Positions 36,955 through 48,600 of a DNA stretch of 64,000 nt are shown here, piece by piece. Source of the DNA: Camelus dromedarius (Eukaryota); NCBI RefSeq assembly GCF_036321535.1, contig NC_087464.1:16616001-16680000 (forward strand), read 5' to 3'. Position numbers and translations under genes: made by a program. Positions within the stretch are counted from its first letter, which is position 1. Every line of letters starts with the position of its first letter. The notes beneath the pieces are model-generated. The model ran no database searches. It had not been told where the DNA came from and saw nothing but the letters and a program-made list of their open reading frames with translations.

Positions 36955-39900
36955 ATGGCTGTTGCTCTGAACCTCTTGCTGGGCGGGCGTGTACGTGCAG
37001 CGGTCGCTCGCTGTGGGTTCGCGACCCGAGGGGTGGCGAGCCCAGGCTCTATCGGCCGCGAGCCGGACCCCGATTCTGACTGGGAGCCGGAGGAGCGGGA
37101 GCTGCAGGAGGTGGAGAGGTACCAGCTCCTTCCCGGGCCCTCAGCCTGAAACAAGGCCTCGTACCCCGGCGCCCCAGGCCTCACCCTCTTGGCCCATAGG
37201 CGTTCTGCCGTGGCGTCCGCAGCGGCCCTTATTTCTCACCCGTTGTCAGGGGCGCAGAGTGTTAGCTCCCTTGGGACCACGGGTCCCTTCACCAGTGACG
37301 TATTTCATCGCCCGCTTAGAGAATTCGGCAGCAGCTTGTGGACTGCTGTTGTTCTAGGTGTTAGACTTACGGGGCGGTGTACTGAGCAAATCTGGGCTGG
37401 CTTATATGGCCAGGTTGCCCTTGCAAAGAGATGCGGGTTGGGCGCCCTGTGTTTAGCCCAAGGCTCTTAAACTACCCATCTAGCTTCCACGCATGGCTGC
37501 TGCCATTGGTTCTCTCCCCTAGAGCCCTGAAACGACAGAAAAAAGCCATCCGGTTCCAGAAAATTCGAAGGCAAATGGAGGTGCCAGGTGCCCCGCCCAG
37601 GACCCTGACGTGGGAAGCCATGGAGCAGATCCGGTAAGACTCTTGGTAGTTCGGATCTGCTGTGATGAGAAGTGAATGATATTGGGGCCTAAAACGCTGT
37701 TTTTATATCTTTTACTTTTTAGTATTTAAGATTTCTAACAGAAAAGTGAAATAAAACGAACTTCACTAAGACCCTCATCTAGGTTTAATAGTTTTTAACT
37801 TTCTGACATGGTTCATTTTTGCTGAAATTTTTAAATAGTAAATTGCAGGCGTCACAACATTTAACTCCTTTAAAGTAGATCATGACGTTCTTGACTAAGT
37901 TCCAGGGATGGAGCTTCCATGGTTTCATTTCTCTGAAGGGAGGATCCATATATTAGAAAAGAGATCCTTTTTTAAATGTGAAGTTTTTTGTTTTGAATAG
38001 GTAATATATTACATATGGCTCAAAATTAGAACAGTATAACATGACATGTATTAAGAAGTATTAATCCCACCCAATCTCCTCTGGAGACTATTTTAAATAA
38101 AGTTTTCTGTGTCATTTTCTAGGTTTCCTTATGCAAATACAAACAAGCAAGTATGAATATAAAATTTTATTTTCACTTCCTTGATCACAAACAGTGTAAT
38201 ACTATGCTGTTCTGCACTTTGTTTACTTAACATATTTTTACACTTCCCGAGAGAGCTCCTCATTCTTTTTTGTAGATGCACAGTAAACTGTAGTTTATTT
38301 TACCAGTCTTTTATGGTGGACACTTGGGTTGTTTCCACCCACGTGCTGTAACAAGTAGTGCTCTAGTGCATAACTTTGTATACACAGCATTTCACATATC
38401 TGTCAGAAGTCTTTGTACATTTCCAGAAGTAGGGTTGCTGAATCTAAGAGCAAATGGATTTGCCATTTGATAAATATTGCTAAGTAGCCCTCCATAGGTC
38501 ATGTACCATTTTTCCATTCCCATTAGAATGACTCTGGAATTGAGACTTAGAGTAAAGGGGATTCTGAGAGCTGATCAAGATTTTATGAGGCTGTAGCACC
38601 TTTGTCCTGTCAGCTTCCTCTCCTGTCTTGGATACCAGCTTTTTCAACGCTTACATCTTCCTACTTATCACCTCCCCTTTTGTGATCAATATAAATATCA
38701 TTTTATGACAAAGAAAAAAAAACAGACCATTAGGTAAGAACCGTTTAAAGTTTCTTGGTCTTCCTCCTTACCTTCCATTCCCATTACCTTACACTTTATT
38801 CACATCTCAGGGGAAGTGGTAGCTCTTCACTAGTCTAGAACCAATCCTCTGGGTTCTCTAGGTCAGATCCCTACCTAATTGATGACTGCCTCCATTTCAA
38901 CACCACTGAACTGAGCCTCAATAGGAAAATTTGCTCATGGCATTCTGCCACTTAAAATCCTTTCTTCACTGTTGCTTTGGGATAAACTCCAGAATCACTA
39001 AGCATGATACAATCTTGCTCCTTCTCACACTGTCACACAAGTTGAGCTGTTCCCAACAAAGGTGATGTACATTTTGTATTTCACATGCTTCTCACTCTGC
39101 CATTATTACCTTTGCTCTTCTTCCTCCCCACTCCCCTCTGCCAGCTTATTAAGGCTCAGCCTTTCAGACCAGCTCTAGCACAGACTTCCTGAAGCAATTC
39201 CTGGGCCACACTGCAAGTGTTGTGATAGCCTGTCCCTGGGTCTCTGAGTGCTCTCACAGCATCCTCTGCTGTGACACTTGTCATAGTGTTCTTACCTGTC
39301 TCCACCACCAGATTGTATGTTCTTTGAAGAGAAGGACAGTCTTCATGCATCCCCAGGTTTTAACTGGGGCCTGGTATGCAGTGGGAGGTGGTCAGCTGAT
39401 ATGAAATAAAGTTACTTGAGTGGCTGAGTATTGTCAGTGCACAGAAATGGAACACAGCCATTTAGTAGCACAAAATAGAGACTATGTTTGCAGTTTTTCC
39501 AAGCCCTCTTTCCATGTATTTATTGCTAGTATTATCAGTTAACTATCTTGATAGGAGACTTCACAGATTGAAAACCTGTTTCTTTTTTTCTTAGGTATTT
39601 ACATAAGGAATTTGCAGAGTCCTGGTCAGTTCCAAGATTGGCTGAAGGCTTTGAGGTCAGCACCGATGTGATTAGAAGGGTTTTAAAAAGCAAGTTTGTA
39701 CCCACATTGGAACAAAAACTGAAGCAGGATCAAAAAGTCCTTAAGAAAGTTAGGCTTGCCCCCTCGCTCCGGCAGCTCCCAGGCTCTGGGGTTACCTTGA
39801 AACCACTTTCTGCAGGCCATTCTGTATCAGGCTCTTTGCTGATGCCGGGGGATGAAGTCTCATCCAAAGGCCATGTTCACATCACAGCATTGAGAGTGAT

Positions 39901-40207
39901 CAAATCGAACACTCACAGTACAAATACACCAAGGAGACAGAAGGGAAGGAATAAAGGAATCCAGGGCCTGGAGGAGGAGAGCTTCATGCCTGTTACTGAA
40001 GCCCTAGGTCATCTGAGAGAGCTGCAGAAGTACTCCACCAATGATTGTGAGGGCACCAGGGCAACTGACTGTGATGGATGGCCGAGTGACAAGAAGCTGG
40101 AAGAGTTGAAGGCAGGGGAGCCAGATGACCAGAACTTTAGCAACAAAGTAGTACAAAGGGGGCGAGAGTTCTTTGACAGCAATGGGAACTTCCTGTACAG
40201 AATTTGA
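36955..40207 (+). CDS. NGRN: Neugrin (mitochondrial ribosome biogenesis factor), 295 aa
   Basis: Exons 36955-37118, 37523-37633, 39595-40207; MAVALNLLLGGRV...EPDPDSDWEPEERE...PPRTLTWEAMEQIRYL...FFDSNGNFLYRI*. Confidence 0.97.
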
Positions 40208-40677
40208 GCGGAACCTGGCTTGTGGTGATGCTTCTCGAAACACAGCTGAGCAAGTATATTTGGATCTGCCTGGATTTCTGTGGATGGATTATCCACCTTG
40301 GAATGGGGGGAAATGATGAGCCTGGAATGTGAGATGAAAGCTGCTTAGATCTGAACCTGACAAAGGGGAGAGAACTTCACAGAGCACATATGTATGGAAG
40401 AAGGGTGAGTGACTGGCTGGGTGGATTCCAGCCTCCTGGATCACTGCTCCTAGTCTGACCTGTGTGGATCTTCAGGATTTACCCTTCTTTCCTGGGCTCT
40501 TTGTTGAAACCAGCCTGTGTTGTGTTGCATGTGTTGTTAGGAGTTTTTGTGATACTTTCAGTATATGTTTGGGAGGAAATGAAAAATTTGCATTTTCACC
40601 TCATTTACTTTTTGATTAATGAACTCTTTAACAGTTCTGGAACTGCTTAGTCCATTGGTTGATTTCATTATGTGCGA

Positions 40678-40683
40678 AATAAA
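40678..40683 (+). terminator. Poly(A) signal AATAAA of NGRN
   Basis: AATAAA about 470 nt after the stop, followed by GT-rich sequence. Confidence 0.75.
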
Positions 40684-40856
40684 GTAAAATGTAGCAGTCT
40701 GTGTTGATTGGTGCTTTCTGGGTTTGGGAGGGTTTCCCTGTGAAGGGAAGGGAAGAGGCAAAGGGTCCCTTGTCTAAATATTGGGAGAGAGATGGGGCTA
40801 GAGGAACCCCCAACAAAGAGCTCTGTGCAGATCAGTCCTACTCAGTGATGGATTTT

Positions 40857-41025
40857 TTTTTCTATTAAAAAAAAAAAAAAGCTGAAGTAGAGTTGATTTT
40901 TAATGTTTCAGGTGTACAGCAAAATGATGCAGTTATATATAAATCTATTCTTTTTCAGATTCTTTTCCATTATAGGTTATTATAAGATACTGAATATAAT
41001 TCCCTGTTCTATATTATACAGCAGG
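40857..41025 (-). mobile_element. 5'-truncated L1 3' end with 16-bp TSD
   Basis: Antisense L1 3' text; TSD ctcagtgatggatttt at 40841-40856 and 41026-41041. Confidence 0.8.
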
Positions 41026-41100
41026 CTCAGTGATGGATTTTGACAGCTAAAAACTGGATATTAGGCCTTCCCTAAACACCCAATCTAAAGTGGCTACTCT

Positions 41101-41190
41101 GAGGAGGTGGGTATAGCTCAGTGGTAGAGCACATGCTTAGTTAGCATGCACATGATCTTGGGTTCAATCCCCAGTACTTCGTTAAAAAAA
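41101..41190 (+). mobile_element. tRNA-Ala-derived SINE (short tail)
   Basis: A and B boxes; TSD aaagtggctactct / aaagtagctcctct. Confidence 0.88.
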
Positions 41191-41504
41191 GTAGCTCCTC
41201 TTTTAGTTGCTAGGGCTCTGAAAGAGATTGGGGTATGGGGGTTTGACAAAACAAAAGAAAAACATGCAAAACAAGCAAAGACTTAAGGGCTCTCAACATA
41301 ATCTCTAGCCACTTCTAAAAGGTTAAGTATCTTACAGTTTTTATCAGATTTTTACAAAGGTATTGTGATTTGCACAAGAACAGCTGCTAGGCCCCCTTTT
41401 ACAAATAAGGAGCTGGTCTCAGGTTTTTGGATATGCCCAAGACCACACAGCTGCAAGTGAGTGACAGCACTGAGACTGCGGGACTTGAACTCAGTTCTGA
41501 TTCT

Positions 41505-41556
41505 CTCTTTTTTTTTTTTTAATTGAGTTATAGTCAGTTTACAATGTCGTGTCAGG
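41505..41556 (-). mobile_element. Extremely truncated L1 3' tip with 9-bp TSD
   Basis: Poly-T plus aattgagttatagtcagtttacaatgtcgtgtc; TSD tctgattct at 41496-41504 and 41557-41565. Confidence 0.7.
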
Positions 41557-42747
41557 TCTGATTCTTAATTCAAGGCTTTTAAAATTCCAGAAATCTAGCA
41601 CTGCCTGGCATAATTTCTGTTAATTTACTGATTGTTTTAGAAATACTTAACACTGGAAAGCGATTATCAATGGACCAATAGAATGAGACATGCAAGCAAC
41701 ATAAGAGTCCAATGACAGTTTTCAACGATGTCTCACTTTAACAATTTACCAACAAAAAATGGCTCAGAATTTGAATATATGAAGGATATTTAATGAAAAC
41801 ATTGATATTCCAACCCTGTCATTCCCTGTCTGTTCATGTATCTCACTGCTATTTCAAATGCTATTAATAGCAATTGCAACATCACTGATTACTGTTAACT
41901 TGAGTGTTCAGTAAAAATGGCAAGGCCCTATCATATGCCAATCAAAGTTAGAAAATCCACATTCTGGTAACAGCAGTGGACAGATAGGACCTTGTTATCC
42001 CTGCTCTGTCACTATCATGTAACAAACGTTTATCAGTATTTTTATGATTTTAAAAAAATGGTATTTTGCCATTAGAAACTTATAGGCATTTCGGAGGAGC
42101 AAGATGCTATTTGTTTAAACTTCCATTTATGACTCCTGCAAATTGTGCCCTTTCCCCAGGGGGCTATGGAAAATTAGAAGCTTTTATTGCAAGCTTGGAT
42201 ATGTTTTCCATTTGTCTCATCCCATACCATTCTAATGCTCACTAAGCTTAAATCTTTTTTTCCATTCTTGCAAATACTGGTCTTTTAAGGCTTTTGCATT
42301 TACTAATTCTTTGTCCCCAGATTTTCACTTGGCTTGCTCCTCGGTTCTTGTCATTCAGGTCTCAGGTCAATGTTGCTTTCTTAGGCCTTCCCTAATCACC
42401 CAGCTCCCTTCATGTTCTATCACCACACCTTGTTTAATTTTCCCCAGTATTTGAAATATATTACGACTGTATTATTTGTCATCACCCACCTTTCCCGCAT
42501 TACAAGGTAGATCCCATGAGTGCAGGAGACCTGTCTGTGTTCATTGCTGTAGTTCCAGCTCTCAACATAGATTTCAATATTGGTTGGGTGAATGAAGAAA
42601 TGAATAGGGAACTTGATACCTATCAGCTGGTCCACAATGGCAGAAAGCTGTGCATTTTACATTTGCCAGCCTACACATCCAGAACTCAGCCAGCAAGGCC
42701 TAAGCTTCCTGTAGGTCGACCTGTTCTTGTTCTGTCCTGTCCTGTCA

Positions 42748-43161
42748 CTGTGTCTCAGATCCTAATCCACCAGCACTGAGGTGTTCTGGGGAACTGTCCC
42801 CACTCCCACCCCCACAGCCCCAGCCCAAGCTGGGAGGCTGGAAAGGGGGAGGGAATCATTCAGCCTGTGTTCCACTGGGCCAGGGTCTTAGGACCCCATA
42901 GTGCTCTGTCCCCAGGCAGTCCTGTTTTAGGACATGATGAAGGACTTTGACACCACACTGGATGAGGTGGAGCTGCACTTTGGGGACACAGGTGAAGCAT
43001 CTGATGGAGGACGCAACAGATGACAAGGCAACATTGGACAAGACTGTGCCCAAGTTGGAGAGAAAGTGACTGGGTGGAATGGGCACCTCAGCAATCCTGG
43101 GGCCAAGCTCTAGAGGCTGCAAACTATAACAGAAGGGATTTAAGTCCCTCCACCCTTGAGG
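42748..43161 (+). pseudogene. HDDC3: Unprocessed HDDC3 (MESH1) pseudogene fragment: degraded exon 2 (~42748-42790) and exon 3 (42916-43161)
   Basis: The frame from acceptor ccccAG|42916 reads AVLF*DMMKDF-DTTLDEVELHFG (compare MESH1 AALLHDTVEDT-DTTLDEVELHFG). After frameshifts it continues QVKHLMEDATDDK..TVPKLERK*, NPGAKL, YNRRDLSPSTLE, ending GAG G|GT at 43161/2. Upstream VSQILIHQ resembles VARILTHE. Confidence 0.88.
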
Positions 43162-43809
43162 GTACATATGTCACTTATCTGCAAAGGGCCACTTCTACCT
43201 CTCTGTGCAGCTGAGATTCAAGCTAAGGAGGGGTGGGTAGGGGGAAGCTTAGTAAAAAATACCAGATGAGCTCTTGAACCCTAGTGTGAGCATAAGAGCT
43301 TTGTTTGTTTTTTGCTTAATCTATTACAGAAATTTTCAAACATTCAAAAGTAGAATATTGTAATGCAATGAACCGCTGTGTACCCATCACCCAGCTTTAA
43401 CATTTAACAAATGGCCCATCTTTTTTCATTATCCTGCATACTTGCCCCACATCTCCCCCTGGCTTATTGTAAGGCAAAGCCAGACATCATATTATTTAAC
43501 TGGTAAGTACTTCAGTATGTGTCTCAAAGAGATAAGGACTGCTTTTTAACATAGGCATATAAGCCATTACTACACCTTGAAATTTTTAGTAATTCTTTAA
43601 TATCAGCTAATCAGCTAATATCCTCATAGTATTCTGGTTAATTTCTTTGAATTGGGATCCAGACAATGCATCATGTCATTATGGCCCAGAAGTCTCTTTT
43701 ATTCTAAAGTGGTTTACCCTTCCACTTTCTTCTCCTTGTCATTTGACAGATCATTTGACCCATATAATTTTCTGCATTTTGGATATGGTTGATTTTATCC
43801 TTACAGTTT

Positions 43810-44395
43810 TTTTTTAACTTTTTTTATTGAGTAATAGTCATTTTACAATGTTGTGTCAAATTACAGTGTAGAGCACAATTTTCCAGTTATACATGAACAT
43901 ACATATATTCATGGTGTATTTTATCATATTCTAACTATTCCCTGTATTTCCTATGAACTAGTAGTTAGGTTTTTTTTTTAATTGAAATATAGTCAGTTTA
44001 CAATGTTGTGTCCATTTCTGGTGTACAGCACATTTCAGTCATACATATACATACATATATTCATTTTCATACTCTTTCATTACAGGTTATTACAATATAT
44101 CAAATATAGTTCCCTGTACTATACAGAAGAAACTTGTATACATATTTTATATATAGTAGTCAGTATCTGCAAATCTTGAACTCCCAATTTATCCCTTCCC
44201 ACCCCCTCCCCCACTGGTAACCATAAATTTGTTTTTTATGTCTGTGAGTCTGTTTCTGTTTTGCAAATAAGTTCATTTGTCTTTCTTTCTTTTCTTTTTT
44301 TGATTCCACGTATGAGTGATATCATATAGTATTTTCCTTTCTCTTTCTGGCTTACTTCGCTTAGAATGACGATTTCCAGGTCCATCCAAGATCTC
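43810..44395 (-). mobile_element. Two younger antisense L1 3' ends (about 43810-43910 and 43970-44395) nested in an old L1ME-like element
   Basis: Poly-T starts followed by attgaaatatagtcagtttacaatgttgtg...tcacttagaatga-like L1 3' text. Confidence 0.75.
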
Positions 44396-44789
44396 GAGGT
44401 TTGATCATGTTTAGCTCTCGGCAATGGGTGATGCTGTGTATTTCCTATGCATCTCACCAGGAGACGATGATGTGATGTTACCACTGATTAATGAGTTCAG
44501 ATATGTCAGCCAGATCTGTCCATTATAATATCTCTTACAAGATTTTTTCCCCAACAAGGTAGATATAGATCATTACCATCACTCCTGAAAATTCACTAAT
44601 TTTCTTCCCAATTTTCATTCCCAAAGTCAATCACTTTTCTGAAGTTTTTCTTGCTCAAGAAGCTGCTATAAACGGCATCATATACATGACACTCTCGTGT
44701 CTGGCTTCTTTCGTCTATTCAGTTATTTTTACTGTATGAACACGCCACAGTTTATTTATTCATTTTCTCACTAAGGGCATTAATGAGTG

Positions 44790-45602
44790 AAAATTCCGGT
44801 ATCCAAAGGTAACAGCTGGCGGGACTGCGCGTCCATTGGCTCCTAAGGCGTTCCTCTTCTCTCCCCTCACACCGGCCCCGCATCTTCATGCGTCTCGCCT
44901 GAGGTTCGGCCTTAGTTCGGAAGCCCTAGAGCTCCTGGCTGGAGGCTAAATTTGTGAAGTAGATTTGATTGACAGCCAAGATCCCCAGTGCTCGGTGCCC
45001 TCCGGACTCCGAGGTGGTTTCGTCCATTTCAGGAAGTTCTGAAAATCGAGCAAGTGCCCAACGCTTGCTTGAGTGAGGCAGGAGGAGAACTGGCGTACCC
45101 TTCAAAGTTAAAGACATAATCCTCTTTTGAAAGGAACGCTCGCCGCTATCCAGGTATGGGACTGGAACGATGACGCGTTGCCGCTCGTTCTGAAATGTCC
45201 CTTCCAGGACGCCGTCCCTTTCCCCTTACGCTAAGCGCTGGGCGAGCGTAACGGACTTCCGGGAGGTCTAGGAAGTCGCCTTTCTCTTTGGCTGGAGGCG
45301 GGTTTTTCTGCGGGTGCAGACCCGAATCCCGCTGACAAGCCGAGTGGACCGGGAGGGGCAGGACGGGGCACGGAGGCTGCAGGCCTGAGGCGAGGTCCCC
45401 TGAGGCTGCGGCTGCCTGACTGAGAGGTGGCCATTCATTCTTCGAGTGTGGCTGAGGAGCGAGGGCCCCTTCGGGGGCTCTTTCGAAGTCAGCTGCCAGA
45501 CCTGAAGGAGAACCACCCTGCGCTTACCCTGGGCCGCTGCCGGCCTTCTCAGAGTGGAGGGCACCCCACTTCTTCCACCCTGCGGCTGAGGTGACCGCTG
45601 CC
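44790..45602 (+). promoter_or_regulatory. VPS33B CpG-rich promoter and 5' UTR
   Basis: CpG-rich; ETS ACTTCCGG at 45255-45262; strong Kozak gccATGG at 45603. Confidence 0.75.
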
Positions 45603-48600
45603 ATGGCTTTTCCCCATCGGCCGGACGCCCCAGAGCTACCTGACTTCTCCATGCTCAAGAGGCTGGCTCGAGACCAGCTCATCTATCTGCTGGAGCAGGT
45701 CAGTGCCCGCCACGCCGGGGGCCTTCACTGCATCAGCAGTTTTGCACTCTCTGGATGAATAGTTCTTTCTTCCTGAGTTCCCTTGATCTTGCTCTTGGCC
45801 CTTGGTATTGTCCTTGGAGCTTCTGTGGCAGGTCCAAAATGAAGCCGGAGGAAAACCGGTGGCAGTAAGGAAAAAAACCGGTGGCTGGAGGAAAACCGGT
45901 GCTTGGGATAACCTGACCAGGGAATTAATGGAAATCACCCCCTCCCTTTTTTTTTCCATACAGGCAAGGGAGACACCACTAGTGCCAGGCATCACTGGGG
46001 ATGGAAAGATAGTTAAGACATCTTTGTCCTTAGGGATTTTACACTCCAGTGGGATGTATGAAACACAAAGTACCACACACAGGGTGTCATGAGTAAGTGG
46101 TAAGGGAGTGATAGCTAGGGTGCCTGAAACAATCATTTCTAGCTAGAGTGATCTAGGAGTTTTATGGAGCTGGAGTTGAAGATAACCATATTTTCCTTGG
46201 AGATGGGAGGGGATGTTCCAGGCAGATGGACTGGTAGGAGCAGAGCTGAGGAACAGGGAAGGACAAGGCATGTGGAACAGGGAAGAGAACGATTAGAAGT
46301 TACACTGTAGGCATTAGGCAGCCACTGAAGATTTTTTCTTCCATCTGTGGCATGAAACAATACTTGAAGATAATTCTAATAGCTGTCATGGAGTTGGGTA
46401 AATGGGCAACAAGAAGGCCAGTTAGGAGACCATAGATCAGACTGAAGTAATAACAAAGGCCCATGCAAACTTAGTGGCAGTGGAAATGAAAGGGAGTGAT
46501 GGATTTTTAAGTCATGGTGAAAGAAGACTCAAAGATTTATTAATTGGTTGTAAAAATTAAGGAGAAGCAAAGCTGAGTTTGAGATTTTTAACTTGGGTTA
46601 ATAGGAAAACAGTGCTGTTACCACAATTGTAAGGATTACATATATAGTCATTTGTTTAATGTCCATTTCCCCCACTAGATTGGAAGGTCCTTAAGGACAC
46701 GGAACATATCTGTTTTGTTCAACATTGTATACCCAGTGAGTACCCAGCTTAGAGTCAGGCACTTAGCATGTGCTTAATAAATATTTGTTGCATGAACACT
46801 GAATGGAAGTGAGAAAAAGAATTAGAAAGAGAAATGGGTTTGGTGAGGGAAGTTGATTAGTTTGGGTTTGGATAGGGTGAAGTTAAGATGCTAGTAGGAA
46901 GTACTGCTTGTAACATTCAGCAGATAGAAATGTAGGGTTGCGGCTGGGGTGAAGATGGGGACTTAGGAGAACCTCAGGGGATGTGAAACCATGTTTTATT
47001 TCTCTGTAATAGGTCCTGGATGGTAGCACAGTGATTTGCACATGAAAGACACTCAACAAATGTCTGAGGAGTTGAAAAGAGATGCTAGTTAGAACCACTA
47101 AAAAAAATTCTATTACATGTTCCATGTATCTCTTAACCTATTTTTGTTCATATTACCACCAGCTTATCAGGTCCTCATTTATTACCCCATGCTTGGGCTG
47201 CTTAATCACATGAATGGACTGTTGCATTAATCATATGAATGGACTCCTTGCTTCTGGTTTCTCATATCTCCAATCCATTTTACCCTCAGTTCCCGGATTT
47301 ACCTAACTGAAATTCTCAGCTAATTGGATGCTTCAGTGCACAAAAGCTTTCTGTTTTCCCTTGTTCTGTAGAAGATGAAATCCAAATTCCCCAACTTGAC
47401 ATTTGGAACCCTGCATGCTCCAATTCTAGTCAAATGTTTCAATCTTGTTTCCCACCATTGCCCTACATCAAGATTTCTCAACCTGGGTGCTGTTGCATTT
47501 TGGCCTGACGTTTTGGGCTGGTAAATCCTTTGTTGTGTGTCCTGTGCATTGTAGGATGTTTAGCAGCATCCCTAACCTCTACCCACTAGATGCTGGTAAC
47601 ATCCCCTGCACCCAGGTTGACAACCAGAAATTTCTGCAAATATTGTCAAATGTCCCCTGTGGGGCAAAATCATCCCTGGTTGGGAACCACTGCCTTACAT
47701 GTACCTTACCCATCAGCCAGACAGAATTGCTTGTTCTGCCCTCACATTCAGCCTGTTCGCTTTCCCTGGCCTTTGCTGGTTTGCCATCTTAATTTATCAC
47801 TGCCAACACTCTACCTATTTGTCAAGGCCTAGATGAGAGGAAACTTTGAATGACTTCCCCCTCTCTGCTGCCCAGTATGGCCTCTCCTTCCTCTGGACAG
47901 ATGAGAGATTAGCATCAGGAGTGATGAAATGGGAACCAGATGACAGGAATTTGGGGTGGTAGAGGGGGTGGGTGGGTGAGGACCATCCTGGGCTATGTTT
48001 TCTGCCTTGGACTTAGGTTATTTTTGTAATTAGAAGATAAATGTTATTTAAAGAGATATTTGGCAGTTAGTTGAGGGGTTGCAGGATATACGGTACGGAT
48101 TTGTTTTGTTTGGCTTTCTTCAGCATGAGATCAGGGTTATCAGGAGGCAGAGTGGAGGAGGCAGTGCAGTAGAGCAGCAATGATGGAGGACAACAAGGTC
48201 ACTAGCGAGCAGGAGGGTTGAGTGATAAAGACTTAACCTTAGAAAGAAGGTGAAATATCTTTCCACTGGTGCAGAAAATGAGAAGACAAAATAGGTGAAT
48301 ATGTAGAGAAATGTCAGCTGTGAATATAGACCATAAATTAGGGGCTGGGGTAGATGAGGTCTAGTGCCCTTCCACCTCAGAGACTGTGCTTCCATTTTAT
48401 GGATGGCTGGATGGGCTCTCAGCCAAGGGAGCTTGTGTGACCTGTGAGTGACCCAAGATACTGTCTCTGTCTCAGCTTCCAGGAAAAAAGGACTTGTTCA
48501 TTGAGGCAGATCTCATGAGCCCTTTGGATCGAATCGCCAATGTCTCCATCCTAAAGGTACCTGCCCCTTTACCCAGGTGGGCTCAGGCCCCTCTTTCCTC

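Noticed and set aside
42748-43161. HDDC3 fragment as a processed (retro) pseudogene or functional exon
   Set aside because: An intron-sized spacer and retained splice sites argue against a retrocopy; stops and frameshifts argue against function
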